In this document: positions 1-9,468 of the stretch, piece by piece | Layout: the number at the start of each line of letters is the position of its first letter | Numbering within the stretch: the stretch's first letter is position 1 | From: an uncultured Candidatus Saccharibacteria bacterium | GTDB lineage: Bacteria > Patescibacteriota > Minisyncoccia > Phycocordibacterales > JACOZG01 | Direction: 5' to 3' | Length of the DNA stretch: 46,677 bases | Assembly (NCBI GenBank): GCA_964361825.1 | Contig: CAYICB010000006.1 | Location: forward strand, 1-46,677 | Position numbers and translations under genes: made by a program | Notes under the pieces: model-generated | The model's input: only the letters and a program-made list of their open reading frames with translations | The model's database searches: none | Told to the model about the DNA's origin: nothing

Positions 1-62
1 GTAGCCAAAAGCGACGCGCCGTGGAACAGAAGATTTCTTTTGGGGAATGATAGGATAATCCA

Positions 63-1367
63 ATGACCCAAGGGGAAGGGGGAAAAGTGTGGGATGTGGC
101 GGTGATTGGCGGTGGGCCGGCGGGGATGATGGCGGCGGCGAGGGCGGCGGAGAGGGGGGCTAAGGTGATTTTGCTCGAGAAGAATGCGGGTCTCGGCAAG
201 AAGCTTCTCATTACCGGCGGCGGGCGTTGCAATGTGACCAATGCCGAGTTCGATAATCGCGCCTTGCTCGCGAAGTTTAAGGAGGCGGGCTCGCCTCGAT
301 CCGGCGGCACGGGCGAGTATCTGTTTTCCGCCTTCGCGCAATGGAGTGTGCGGGAGACGCTCGACTTTTTTCATGGTCGCAACATGCTCACTAAAGTGGA
401 GCCGGAACAGCGCGTTTTCCCGGTGTCAGATAAAGCCGAGTCGGTGTGGCAAGTGCTGGTGGATTATCTCGCGCAAGGCAAAGTAGCGGTGTGCACCGGC
501 GCAGAAGTGACGGGCTTCAAAGTTGAAGCTAAGAAAATTGTGGCGGTGAGGCTGAAGGATAAAACAGAAATTAAAGCCAGGTCTTTCATTCTCGCGACTG
601 GCGGCAAATCGCATCCCGAAACTGGTTCAACCGGCGAGGGTTTGGGCTGGCTTGCCGAGCTGGGCCACACCGTGGTGGAGCCGAGCGCGTCCTTGGTGCC
701 GCTTAAGGTGGGCGACGCGTGGGTCAAGCGCTTGCAAGGTGTGAGTTTGCAAAATATCAAAATTAGTTTGTATCAAAATGGCGTGAAGCAGGCGAGCCAG
801 TTGGCGCGCAAGAAAGGCAAAATTCTCTTTACTCACTTCGGCGTGAGCGGCCCAACCATTCTTAACCTTAGCCAAGAGGTCAGCGAACTCTTGAAGTACG
901 GCGAGGTGACGCTCGCGCTGGACCTTCTCCCTTCGCTCGACCAACCGGCCCCTGATCGCGAACTGCAAAAGCTGTTCCACGAGCACGGCAAGAAGAAATT
1001 TAAAAATGTGTTGAGCGAAATTATTCCCCCGGCTATCGCGCCAATCATTGCCGAACTTTCAGCCATTAATTTAGAAACCGATGGCAGTAATATAACGCGC
1101 GATGAGCGTTTGCGGCTCGTTAAATTAGTTAAAAGTTTGCCGATTCATATCACGGGTCTCTTGGGCGAAGATAAGGCCATCGTCACTTCCGGCGGCGTGA
1201 AGCTCGATGAAGTGAATTTCAAAACGATGTGTTCGCGCCTCTACCCCAACCTCTATCTTATCGGCGATGTGCTCAATATCAATCGCCCCAGCGGCGGCTA
1301 CTCGCTCCAACTCTGCTGGACCACCGGATATGTGGCGGGGAATAATGTGGGGGTGACTGGTAAGTAA
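63..1367 (+). CDS. NAD(P)/FAD-dependent oxidoreductase, HI0933/BaiN-like flavoprotein
   Basis: 434-aa ORF. N-terminal dinucleotide-binding VIGGGPAGMMAA followed by LLITGGGRCNVTN, typical of the HI0933/YhiN family. Confidence 0.85.
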   Translation: MTQGEGGKVWDVAVIGGGPAGMMAAARAAERGAKVILLEKNAGLGKKLLITGGGRCNVTNAEFDNRALLAKFKEAGSPRSGGTGEYLFSAFAQWSVRETLDFFHGRNMLTKVEPEQRVFPVSDKAESVWQVLVDYLAQGKVAVCTGAEVTGFKVEAKKIVAVRLKDKTEIKARSFILATGGKSHPETGSTGEGLGWLAELGHTVVEPSASLVPLKVGDAWVKRLQGVSLQNIKISLYQNGVKQASQLARKKGKILFTHFGVSGPTILNLSQEVSELLKYGEVTLALDLLPSLDQPAPDRELQKLFHEHGKKKFKNVLSEIIPPAIAPIIAELSAINLETDGSNITRDERLRLVKLVKSLPIHITGLLGEDKAIVTSGGVKLDEVNFKTMCSRLYPNLYLIGDVLNINRPSGGYSLQLCWTTGYVAGNNVGVTGK

Positions 1368-1425
1368 AAAGGATTTGTGTTATAAAGTTTGGTTGGAGCA
1401 AGGTTCTTTTAGAGGAGATAAAATA

Positions 1426-1782
1426 ATGCCGTCGCTGAAGAAATGGTGGGCATGGTTTCCTTATTTGACTGTTCTTTTTGGTTGGTTTTTTTTCGTGATC
1501 GTGTATTGGGTGTTACTAATTGTTTTGGTCCTTAATGAATTTTTGGTGTTTTCTGGAGAAGACCCAAGTGCCACGCTTAGGCAAGAGAGAGTGTTTTTGC
1601 TTATTGCTTCCCTTGGTTCTCTGGTTCCTATCGTTCATTTTTTCAATCGGGCAAGAGACGAACACGATCGAATTGTTAGCTGTTTGAAAATCAGAAAATG
1701 TTTCTTGTGCGGTTGCCCTACGGTATACGCTGAAGGTGACCTTGAGACCTGTACCAAGTGTGGTTGGAAAATGGGTCTCTAA
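1426..1782 (+). CDS. hypothetical membrane protein with C-terminal zinc-ribbon-like CxxC...CxxC
   Basis: In-frame ATG at 1426 preceded by AGAGGAG (1411-1417). Two hydrophobic helices. C-terminal CFLCGC...CTKCGW. Terminator follows at 1807-1837. Confidence 0.55.
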   Translation: MPSLKKWWAWFPYLTVLFGWFFFVIVYWVLLIVLVLNEFLVFSGEDPSATLRQERVFLLIASLGSLVPIVHFFNRARDEHDRIVSCLKIRKCFLCGCPTVYAEGDLETCTKCGWKMGL

Positions 1783-1872
1783 AAAACGCTTGAAAAAATA
1801 GCGCAAGCCCAGCACTTCGGTGTCTGGGCCTTTTTCTTGTAAAAATTTGGGGGGTGAATATAATGGGGCGAT

Positions 1873-2256
1873 ATGATTAAAGCAAAATATGTAGACGGAT
1901 TTGTGCTCGTGGTGCCGGAGAAGGATTTGGTAGCGTATAAGAAAATGGCCGCGATGGGTGGGAAGATGTGGAAGAAAGCCGGCGCGCTGGATTATATGGA
2001 ATGTGTTGGCGATGACATGCACCCCAAGATGGGCCAGGAGAAAATTCCAAATTTTCCCGATTTGGTGAACTTGAAGAAGGGCGAGCTGGTGGTTTTTTCT
2101 TATATTACTTACAAATCGCGGAAGCATCGCGATCAGGTGAATGCCAAAGTGATGAAGGAGATGGAGAAGGCTTACGACAAGCACAAGGATCAACCAATGC
2201 CCTTCGACATGAAGCGTATGAATTACGGCGGTTTTACCGTTTTGGTGGGGATGTAA
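1873..2256 (+). CDS. DUF1428 family protein (YbaA-like)
   Basis: YVDGFVLVVP...VVFSYITYKSRKHRD...MPFDMKRMNYGGF is collinear with what I recall of E. coli YbaA/DUF1428. Confidence 0.85.
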   Translation: MIKAKYVDGFVLVVPEKDLVAYKKMAAMGGKMWKKAGALDYMECVGDDMHPKMGQEKIPNFPDLVNLKKGELVVFSYITYKSRKHRDQVNAKVMKEMEKAYDKHKDQPMPFDMKRMNYGGFTVLVGM

Positions 2257-2356
2257 GGCGCTAAAGTTTTGGACACTTTTGACTAAAAGGTTAATTAGGC
2301 GTATGGTGTAGGAAGGTGGCACTTTGTTTTTTTGTAATTTTTTGGAGGATTAAACC

Positions 2357-2971
2357 GTGGGTTGGCGCAAGGAGGCGAGGCGAGTGGCGGCTTTAATGAT
2401 GGTGGTGATATCTGGTTGTAGTCTCAATCGGGTGAGTGTGGGCAGTGGAGCGCGACAGGTCGCAGGAAGGTATGGCAATGTTACAGATGGTTTTGTTTTA
2501 CCTCTTTACGGGGTCACGCTCGGTGGTGAAGTTGATTTGGCGGAAGAAAAAATCGAAGTCTACACGGAAGTAAGCGGCTTCGAGCTTCGACCCAACAAGA
2601 AAGTGATCGAGGGGGTCGAAATTGATGGTAGTTTTTGGTCTCTGGGGGCGGGTATTCATTATTATCCTTGGGACTTTGCATTTTGCCCAAAACTGGTCGG
2701 GTTCCAACTTGGGGGCGAAGTCTTTCATGGCGAATACCAGTTTAAGAGCTTCGACCCATGGATCGGTTTTATGCCTATTGAAGACGGCGACTCCTTTTGG
2801 GGTGCCGGACTCAAGCTCGGCTTGGTGGGTGAGCCCGAGTTTGGCCAGACTGGCTGGCGACTTGGCTGGCACGCGGTGTACAACTTCACCGTGGCCGAAA
2901 AGAGTTTAGCCGAAGTTGATCTCGATGGTTGGCAGGCGGGATTCTCACTCCAAATCCCGCTTGGGAGATAG
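2357..2971 (+). CDS. putative lipoprotein with beta-strand-rich (small barrel-like) body
   Basis: GTG start after GGAGGA. Lipobox-like VISGC. Repeated alternating aromatic/Gly segments (WSLGAGIHYY, FQLGGEVFHGEY, FWGAGLKLGLVG, WRLGWHAVYNF, WQAGFSLQI). Strong terminator follows. Confidence 0.6.
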   Translation: MGWRKEARRVAALMMVVISGCSLNRVSVGSGARQVAGRYGNVTDGFVLPLYGVTLGGEVDLAEEKIEVYTEVSGFELRPNKKVIEGVEIDGSFWSLGAGIHYYPWDFAFCPKLVGFQLGGEVFHGEYQFKSFDPWIGFMPIEDGDSFWGAGLKLGLVGEPEFGQTGWRLGWHAVYNFTVAEKSLAEVDLDGWQAGFSLQIPLGR

Positions 2972-2993
2972 TGTGTGATGTGCGGCGAGTAAA

Positions 2994-3032
2994 GCCGCCG
3001 CCGCCAATATTTGGCGGCGGCGGCTCTTTTTT
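2994..3032 (+). terminator. rho-independent terminator
   Basis: GCCGCCGCCGCC-AATATTT-GGCGGCGGCGGC followed by TCTTTTTT. Confidence 0.9.
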
Positions 3033-3052
3033 GTTATATTTAACGCCAACAA

Positions 3053-4657
3053 ATGATCTTGAAAGAAGAATTGGCCAAATTGGTAGATGGAGAATTAAGT
3101 GATAGTTCTCAAGAACTCCTGCGTTGTTCTACCGATGCGAGCGTGTTTGAGGTTAAGCCAGAATTGGTGGTTTATCCGCGCCATGCGGGTGATCTTAAGG
3201 CTTTGGTTAAGTTTGTGGCTAATGCCAAAATTGATCATCCGGCGCTTTCGCTTACGGCGCGCGCCGCTGGCACTTGTATGTCGGGCGGCGCGCTCAATCA
3301 ATCTATTATTTTAGATTTTACCAAACATTTTAATCACCTTGGCGCCGTTGAGCAAGAGCGAATTACCCTAGAACCCGGAGTTTATTATCGCGATTTGGAG
3401 AAAGTTACTTTGTCGGCCGGTCTTATTTTGCCTTCTTACACGGCGTCTAAAGAAATTTGCGCCGTGGGTGGGATGGTGGCCAATAATGCCGCCGGCGAAA
3501 AAACTTTAGCCTATGGGAGCACCGAGCGCTTTGTGGAGAGCCTCTCGGTAATTTTGGCTGATGGTGAGGAGTATCAATTTGGCAAATTAACTTCGGCTGA
3601 ACTCCAGCAAAAGTTAGCCCAAAATAATTATGAGGGCGAGATTTATCGTCAGGTCAAAAATTTGCTCGAAGAAAATCGGGCTCTTATCGCCCAAGCTAAA
3701 CCCAAAGTTTCCAAAAACTCGGCTGGTTATCTTATTTGGCATGTGCAACCAGAACCGCGTGGCCCCTTTGACCTCGCCCAGTTGATGGTGGGGGCGCAGG
3801 GGACTTTGGGCCTAATTTCTAAAATCACTTTGCGCTTGATGCCGGTTTTACCCGTGCGGCAATTGCTCGTCATTACGCTTGAGGATTTAGAAATTTTACC
3901 AGAAGTGGTGCGCTTGGTTTTGGCGGCTCGGCCGGAGAGTTTTGAGTGCTACGATCACTACACTTTTGCTTTGGCGGCTAAGTATTTGCCCGCCGCGGCT
4001 CAAGCCGTAATTACGCAGAACGAAACCAAGCTCACCTTGCTGGCCGAGTTTGCGGGTAATGATGAGGCGAGTGTGGCCGCGCCGCTTGAGGCCACGCGCG
4101 TGGCCTTGGCCGCGCTCAAACTCTCGCTTGATTTGCCGGCGAGCAATCAAGCTTTAAACTATTGGCAAATTAGGCGTTCCAGCTTTGCTTTACTCCGCGA
4201 GCATAATGAGGCCGGGCATCGCGTGGCGCCATTTATTGATGATGTGATTGTGTCGCCGGAACATTTGGCCAAATTTTTACCGCAATTTAATGAGATTTTG
4301 CAAAAGCACCACATGATTTACACCATCGCTGGCCACATCGGTAATGGCAATTTTCACCTCATCCCTTTGGTCAATCTTGAGAGCGAGCTTGGTCGCACCG
4401 ATTTGCTTAAAGTGGCGGAAGAAGTGTTCCAACTCACTTTCTCTTTTGGCGGTTCGATGGCGGGAGAACACAATGATGGGATTATTCGGACGCCATTTTT
4501 GGCCGCGATGTATGGCGAGGAGACGGTTCAGCTTTTTGCTAAAATCAAGCAGATTTTTGATCCGCAAAACATTTTTAATCCCGGCAAAAAAGTGGGCGGC
4601 ACGCTCGAATATGCTTTAGCTCACTTGTCGCACAGCAATACTTCACCCCACTTTTGA
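3053..4657 (+). CDS. FAD-binding oxidoreductase (GlcD / D-lactate dehydrogenase-like FAD-linked oxidase)
   Basis: 534 aa. FAD_binding_4-like N-terminal half (PRHAGDLKALVKF...ARAAGTCMSGGA...AVGGMVANNAAG). C-terminal FAD-oxidase_C-like segment (GGSMAGEHNDGIIR...IFDPQNIFNPGK). Confidence 0.85.
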   Translation: MILKEELAKLVDGELSDSSQELLRCSTDASVFEVKPELVVYPRHAGDLKALVKFVANAKIDHPALSLTARAAGTCMSGGALNQSIILDFTKHFNHLGAVEQERITLEPGVYYRDLEKVTLSAGLILPSYTASKEICAVGGMVANNAAGEKTLAYGSTERFVESLSVILADGEEYQFGKLTSAELQQKLAQNNYEGEIYRQVKNLLEENRALIAQAKPKVSKNSAGYLIWHVQPEPRGPFDLAQLMVGAQGTLGLISKITLRLMPVLPVRQLLVITLEDLEILPEVVRLVLAARPESFECYDHYTFALAAKYLPAAAQAVITQNETKLTLLAEFAGNDEASVAAPLEATRVALAALKLSLDLPASNQALNYWQIRRSSFALLREHNEAGHRVAPFIDDVIVSPEHLAKFLPQFNEILQKHHMIYTIAGHIGNGNFHLIPLVNLESELGRTDLLKVAEEVFQLTFSFGGSMAGEHNDGIIRTPFLAAMYGEETVQLFAKIKQIFDPQNIFNPGKKVGGTLEYALAHLSHSNTSPHF

Positions 4658-5719
4658 GTTTTTTTCAGTCACTTCGTGCAGAGCCACAATAAATAAGCTT
4701 TCGCTCCAGCCGAGCGGGGTATTATCATTGTGTTTGGTGGAGTGAGAAAGGTAGAGTTCGGGCACTACGCCATCTTTGGTTACGGTTTGCTTTGCTTGAT
4801 CTAAGAAGTGAGCCGCTTTTTCTTGATTACCTAACTTGTCATAAATAATCGCGAGCCAACTTAGGCCAAAGGTCCACTCGGCTTCCTCGCTCCAACCATC
4901 AGGATTTTTATTATAATAACGATCACCTTTATAACGAATCACGCCACGCTCTTTGAGTAAATGATATTCGACATTGTCTAAAATAATTTTGGTTTCTTCC
5001 GCATTTGTTACCTTATAAGGCCAAATTAGAGAAAGCAGAGCGAGGTCCACAAATTTGCGTTCTGACTCGCGGGGGAGGAGGCGGTGCAGGGTTTCCTCGC
5101 CTTTTTTAAGGAGTTCGGCCGGCACCTCAATGCCATCAAGTCCACCAATCATTTTGAGCCCAGCGAGACAAGCACCCACCGAAGAGGCGTGGATTTCTTG
5201 ATCTTCTTCCCACACTCCCGAGTCGGCATCATGCCAATACTCAAGGGTGGAGAGATACCAGACCAGTTTTTGGATGACGCGGCGATCATCGTCATCAAGT
5301 TTAAGTAAGCCGGGCGATCTGGCTTCTAGCTCGCCAATTTTGAAGAGAATACAACCAATCGAATCATTTTGTTTATTACCCCACTCTTCCCAATATTCTT
5401 CGAAGGTCTCGGGATGATAACGCGGATGGATATATTCATGGGTATGCGCTGGCTTTTTCGAAATGGCATAATCAATTTTCCACTCATGTTTTTTGAAAAT
5501 ATCGAGAATGGCGCGATAGGTGTGGCGCACGGTTTCGAAGTCGCCAATGATTTCGAAAGCGAGGCATTCGTAGAAATTGTCGCGCAACCAGGCTTTATTA
5601 TAACCGGTGGCCACATCCTTCTTCGAGGCGGCAAAGAGCCCAGAACGATATTGAAGCTCTTTTAGAATCGCTAAATGTTGGGCAATTAATTTATCGTAAA
5701 CGGGGTGATTGGTGGGCAT
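4643..5719 (-). CDS. glycoside hydrolase family 15-related (glucoamylase-like) protein
   Basis: 358 aa. AWLRDNFYECLAFE, SVGACLAGL and EAEWTFGLSWLAIIY resemble the (alpha/alpha)6 GH15 catalytic domain. The 3' end overlaps the convergent oxidase gene by 15 nt. Confidence 0.78.
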   Translation of the reverse strand: MPTNHPVYDKLIAQHLAILKELQYRSGLFAASKKDVATGYNKAWLRDNFYECLAFEIIGDFETVRHTYRAILDIFKKHEWKIDYAISKKPAHTHEYIHPRYHPETFEEYWEEWGNKQNDSIGCILFKIGELEARSPGLLKLDDDDRRVIQKLVWYLSTLEYWHDADSGVWEEDQEIHASSVGACLAGLKMIGGLDGIEVPAELLKKGEETLHRLLPRESERKFVDLALLSLIWPYKVTNAEETKIILDNVEYHLLKERGVIRYKGDRYYNKNPDGWSEEAEWTFGLSWLAIIYDKLGNQEKAAHFLDQAKQTVTKDGVVPELYLSHSTKHNDNTPLGWSESLFIVALHEVTEKNSKVG

Positions 5720-5756
5720 AGATGAATTATATCAAGAATTATGATAGTTTAGAGAG

Positions 5757-6641
5757 ATGAAGGCAACATGGCTTAGCCTAACTATTCTTGTCGTCCTTTT
5801 TGGTGGGACGGTGGTTTATGGTTGGCAGAAGTATGAAACCCAAGATCGGGCCTTACTCGCCTTACAAAGTGAATTGGCAAGCACCACTGCCGCCTTCCAA
5901 ACTCGAGTTGATGAACTTAAGACCGGGCTCGACAAGGTAACGGCCGAGCGCGATGAGTTGGTGAGCAATCTCACGAGCGAGCAACAGCGCGCACATGAAC
6001 TTGAACAGCGTAATGAGGACCTTGATGACAAGGTGGATGAATTTGAGAAGCTCGCTAAGCTCGACCCAGAACTTTTGCAAAAGTATTCCAAAGTATTTTT
6101 CTTAAATGAGCATTATACACCGGCGCAGGTCAAAGAGATTCCGGCCGAGTGGTTGGCCACGGCCGCCAAGCCCCAGCAAATTCAGACTAAAGTGTGGCGC
6201 CGACTCGAAGACATGCTTGAAGAAGCACATGATGATGGGGTAGAACTGCGTATCGTTTCGGCTTACCGCGACTTTGCCGAGCAAACAGCGCTTAAGGCGC
6301 AATACAAAGTGGTTTATGGCTCGGGCGCTAATCAATTCTCGGCTGATCAGGGTTACTCCGAGCATCAACTTGGTACCACAGTAGACCTCAATACACCACA
6401 GATGGCAGGTGGTTTAGATGGCTTCCAAAACACGCCAGCCTATGCGTGGTTGCAAGAGAATGCCTATCGCTATGGCTTTGTGCTCTCCTATCCGCCGGGC
6501 AATACCTACTATCAATTTGAACCGTGGCATTGGCGCTTTGTCGGCCGTGACCTCGCCCGTGATCTTCATCGTGATGGCAAAAACTTCTACGACCTCGACC
6601 AGCGCGATATCGACAAATACCTCATCGAGTTTTTTGATTAA
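5757..6641 (+). CDS. M15B (VanY-type) D-alanyl-D-alanine carboxypeptidase with N-terminal TM anchor and coiled coil
   Basis: SAYRDFAEQ, SEHQLGTTVDL and EPWHWRFVG zinc-ligand motifs. N-terminal hydrophobic helix plus heptad-rich region. Confidence 0.85.
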   Translation: MKATWLSLTILVVLFGGTVVYGWQKYETQDRALLALQSELASTTAAFQTRVDELKTGLDKVTAERDELVSNLTSEQQRAHELEQRNEDLDDKVDEFEKLAKLDPELLQKYSKVFFLNEHYTPAQVKEIPAEWLATAAKPQQIQTKVWRRLEDMLEEAHDDGVELRIVSAYRDFAEQTALKAQYKVVYGSGANQFSADQGYSEHQLGTTVDLNTPQMAGGLDGFQNTPAYAWLQENAYRYGFVLSYPPGNTYYQFEPWHWRFVGRDLARDLHRDGKNFYDLDQRDIDKYLIEFFD

Positions 6642-6674
6642 ATTGAACTTACCTTAAAAAAACCGCTTCGTTCC

Positions 6675-6704
6675 AGCCTCCGGCAAGGGGTCCCCTTGAC
6701 ATTG
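6675..6704. repeat. 30-bp repeat AGCCTCCGGCAAGGGGTCCCCTTGACATTG (copy 1), palindromic core CAAGGGG-N-CCCCTTG
   Basis: 29/30 identical to 9469-9498. The only difference is the central base of the palindrome. Confidence 0.9.
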
Positions 6705-6712
6705 AGTGGTTC

Positions 6713-6734
6713 CCGGCAAGGTTTAACCTTCCGG
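6713..6734. repeat. imperfect palindrome CCGGCAAGGTTTAACCTTCCGG, same CCGGCAAGG head as the other elements
   Basis: Read directly. Lies 8 nt downstream of repeat copy 1. Confidence 0.6.
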
Positions 6735-6737
6735 TTA

Positions 6738-6767
6738 TTGCCACTCTGACTGGGGCGGTAGTATACT
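6738..6767 (+). promoter_or_regulatory. sigma70-like promoter TTGCCA-N18-TATACT, 8 nt before ATG 6776
   Basis: Hexamers read directly. No Shine-Dalgarno between the -10 and the ATG. Confidence 0.5.
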
Positions 6768-6775
6768 AGACAATA

Positions 6776-6967
6776 ATGAAAGCGAAAACTAAGCCAATTC
6801 ATTCTGACGACGACATGAAACGCTATATTGGCGTCGTGGCTGAACATTTTGACGAGAAAATCGAAGTATTTAAGGAAGCTTTTCAAACGGTTAATCAAAA
6901 ATTGGATTCTCACACCGAGATGGTTGGGAAAATCATGGTTCAACTCGAAGAAATTCGCGGATCTTGA
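6776..6967 (+). CDS. small coiled-coil protein, distant member of a 3-copy family in this window
   Basis: 63 aa. YIGVVAEHFDEKIEVFKEAFQTVNQKLD parallels HLMA(V/I)IE(E/D)F.D...V.NE.NQ of the ORFs at 34760 and 40229. Confidence 0.5.
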   Translation: MKAKTKPIHSDDDMKRYIGVVAEHFDEKIEVFKEAFQTVNQKLDSHTEMVGKIMVQLEEIRGS

Positions 6968-7061
6968 AACGCGTTTGGCTCGGGCTTAATCTGTTGGTGA
7001 GGTGGGCTTATCCACCCCCGCCCTCGCCTTACCGGCGCACTTTTGAATATACTTAACCTTA

Positions 7062-9467
7062 ATGAAACCCGTCCTCACCTTTGGTACCGCTCTCCTTGGT
7101 GTGGCTTTTCTTCTTACGCTCCATCAAGCTCTACCGCAAACTGATCTCACGGCCGCCGTTAAACCTCCCACGATCAACAGCAATAAGATTAGTACTCCAG
7201 ATAATCAACCGCTCTTTCCTAGCAATCAACCCTCGCTCACCCCCGATGCTAATCCCTGTCTCAATAACACTCCACCTAATCCCGTCATCACCGCTCCCAC
7301 CACCGCTAATCTTAATGAAACCATCTCCTTCTCGGCCATCAACTCCACCGACAATGGCCAAATCACCAATTACAGCTGGAACTTCGGTGACAACTCTACC
7401 GCCACTGGCCTCACCACCACTCACTCATATACCACCGCCGGCACCTATGTGCTCACCCTCACTCTGACCGATAACTGCAATGCGACCAGTCAAGCCACGG
7501 TACCCATCACCATCTCGGCTCCACCGGCTTGTATCAATCCTAATCCCAATAATCCCAATCAACCTGTCGCTAATGGTGGTCCAGATCGCACTGGCTCCCT
7601 TAACCAACCCCTCACCTTCGATGGCTCCCTTTCTTGTGATCCCCTTGGTCAAGCTTTGGAATACTGGTGGAATGCTGGCACTAACCCACCCCAATCTACT
7701 GGTTGGCAAGCTAGCCCTACTACTAACTTCATTTACCCCAGCATTGGTGAATATCTAACCAGACTCTGGGTGCGAAGAGCCGGTGACCAATCCTCAATGT
7801 CTGTAGCCGACAATGTGACTGTTAATATCGACGAAGAGCAAATGAACTGCACCGGCAACGACGCTCCCATCGCCAATGCGGGCACTGCTCCCACCTTAGA
7901 CATTAACCAAACCCATACCTTCATCGCCACCGGCTCCAGTGATCCCGAAGGTGATCCCTTAACCTATCATTGGAACTTTGGCGATGGCAGTACCGCCACC
8001 GGCTTCTCTGCTCCCCATGCCTATGCTGAGCAAGGAACCTATACCGTCACCTTAACCGTCACTGACCCCTGTGGAGGAGGCGCCACAGACTCCTTAAGCG
8101 TCAATGTCATCAATCAAAGCCTTGCTGACTTACTCATTCCTCGCATTCAAGTCCTTAAACTAACTCATGTTGATCTCAACACCACTCCACCCACCGAAAC
8201 TTGGGTTCCAATTGATCTCGAACCAACAGAAGTCGACGGTGACCCAGTAGAAGAGATTGAACTCGGCTTAAGAGTTAAATTTGACGCTTCTGCTTCAGAC
8301 TATGCCACCGCCTTCCTCTGGAACTTTGGTGAAGATTATGGCAGTGGAGCCCAAACCATCCACGCCTTCAATGAACCCGGCGAACACCATGTCACCCTCA
8401 CGATTTACAATCAAGGATTGTGTGGGCCTTGTGGCCAAAGTGTGGGGGTGACGGTGCACTACGCCGAGGGGATGAAATTGCTTTCTTATTCAACTCCGCA
8501 ACTTCAGCCGGTTCGACCAATGACCTATGCAATCGGCGGGAATCGACTTTGGAGCGTCGCGGGTCTTGGTTTCCTAGGAACGGTCGATTTGACTGATCTA
8601 AGCAACCTAGGAGCATTTCAGGTGGTCTTACCGGAGAATTCGATTGGTGATTCCATCGACATGTCGGCTAGCGAACAGTGGGTAGCAGTTTGCAGGGGGC
8701 AATACTCGAACGGAACGAGTAGCGTGCAGTTGTATCCGGCCGACCCGCAAGCGTTTTTTCTGGTGGCGGAAATCACCGGCGGCATGTTATTGAACGGCGA
8801 CGCACCGTTTTCGGTCGAAGTTCGCGGTGACAGGCTATTTGTCGCCGGATCGCTCACGGGCAATGTCTATGTTTTCACAATCGCCAGTCCAAACGGAACC
8901 GTTCAACTGGAACAGGTTCTCAGTATTGGCGGCGGCCGGCGAAGACTTGCGCTATCGCAATCAGGCAAACTCGTCGCGACCAGTCCGACCGGGCAAGTTC
9001 ACATTTTTGATTTGGACGAGAACGGATCCGTCATAAACGGGTATCAGCCGATTCAGTTGGAAGTTGAAACCACGCTAATACTAGATCACAATATCTTCGG
9101 TAATACGCTTGCGATTAGGACTGGAGTGGATACGACGGCTGTGGTCAATGTTGACCAACTGGTCGCAGGTGTCATTGACTTCGCTTACATCCCCTATCAC
9201 TCGGATGACAGTCATTATACATACGCCATGTACTATTCGGATACACGGCGCATTCAGTTTGGGATTAACGGGGGTTTAGAGCATCGCAAGTACTCGCTGC
9301 TAAGTGACGACGGTGAGCCGTATTTGATGGAAAACCCCGTTTTTCCTGTTTTTGACCCGGGCAGACCACTACTTTTTCTTTCAAGTGATTCAGGGACGGA
9401 GTTAGAGGTCATTATCGTTCCAGACGGATCGCTTGGATTCGCCGCTGTCGATCCGGGGATACGATAG
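7062..9467 (+). CDS. secreted PKD-domain repeat protein with C-terminal beta-rich domain
   Basis: Signal peptide. At least three PKD-like repeats (NYSWNFGDNSTATG..HSYTTAGTYVLTLTLTDNCN; TYHWNFGDGSTATG..HAYAEQGTYTVTLTVTDPCG; FLWNFGEDYGSGAQTIHAFNEPGEHHVTLTIYN). Confidence 0.85.
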   Translation: MKPVLTFGTALLGVAFLLTLHQALPQTDLTAAVKPPTINSNKISTPDNQPLFPSNQPSLTPDANPCLNNTPPNPVITAPTTANLNETISFSAINSTDNGQITNYSWNFGDNSTATGLTTTHSYTTAGTYVLTLTLTDNCNATSQATVPITISAPPACINPNPNNPNQPVANGGPDRTGSLNQPLTFDGSLSCDPLGQALEYWWNAGTNPPQSTGWQASPTTNFIYPSIGEYLTRLWVRRAGDQSSMSVADNVTVNIDEEQMNCTGNDAPIANAGTAPTLDINQTHTFIATGSSDPEGDPLTYHWNFGDGSTATGFSAPHAYAEQGTYTVTLTVTDPCGGGATDSLSVNVINQSLADLLIPRIQVLKLTHVDLNTTPPTETWVPIDLEPTEVDGDPVEEIELGLRVKFDASASDYATAFLWNFGEDYGSGAQTIHAFNEPGEHHVTLTIYNQGLCGPCGQSVGVTVHYAEGMKLLSYSTPQLQPVRPMTYAIGGNRLWSVAGLGFLGTVDLTDLSNLGAFQVVLPENSIGDSIDMSASEQWVAVCRGQYSNGTSSVQLYPADPQAFFLVAEITGGMLLNGDAPFSVEVRGDRLFVAGSLTGNVYVFTIASPNGTVQLEQVLSIGGGRRRLALSQSGKLVATSPTGQVHIFDLDENGSVINGYQPIQLEVETTLILDHNIFGNTLAIRTGVDTTAVVNVDQLVAGVIDFAYIPYHSDDSHYTYAMYYSDTRRIQFGINGGLEHRKYSLLSDDGEPYLMENPVFPVFDPGRPLLFLSSDSGTELEVIIVPDGSLGFAAVDPGIR

Positions 9468-9468
9468 T

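Noticed and set aside
1516-2322. 268-aa minus-strand ORF
   Set aside because: It lies entirely antisense to the clearly recognisable DUF1428 gene and the membrane/zinc-ribbon ORF. It has no start context or motifs.
7062-9467. Diversity-generating retroelement target in the PKD protein
   Set aside because: There is no reverse transcriptase and no template-repeat copy of the C-terminal region in the window. The internal repeats are ordinary PKD-domain repeats.
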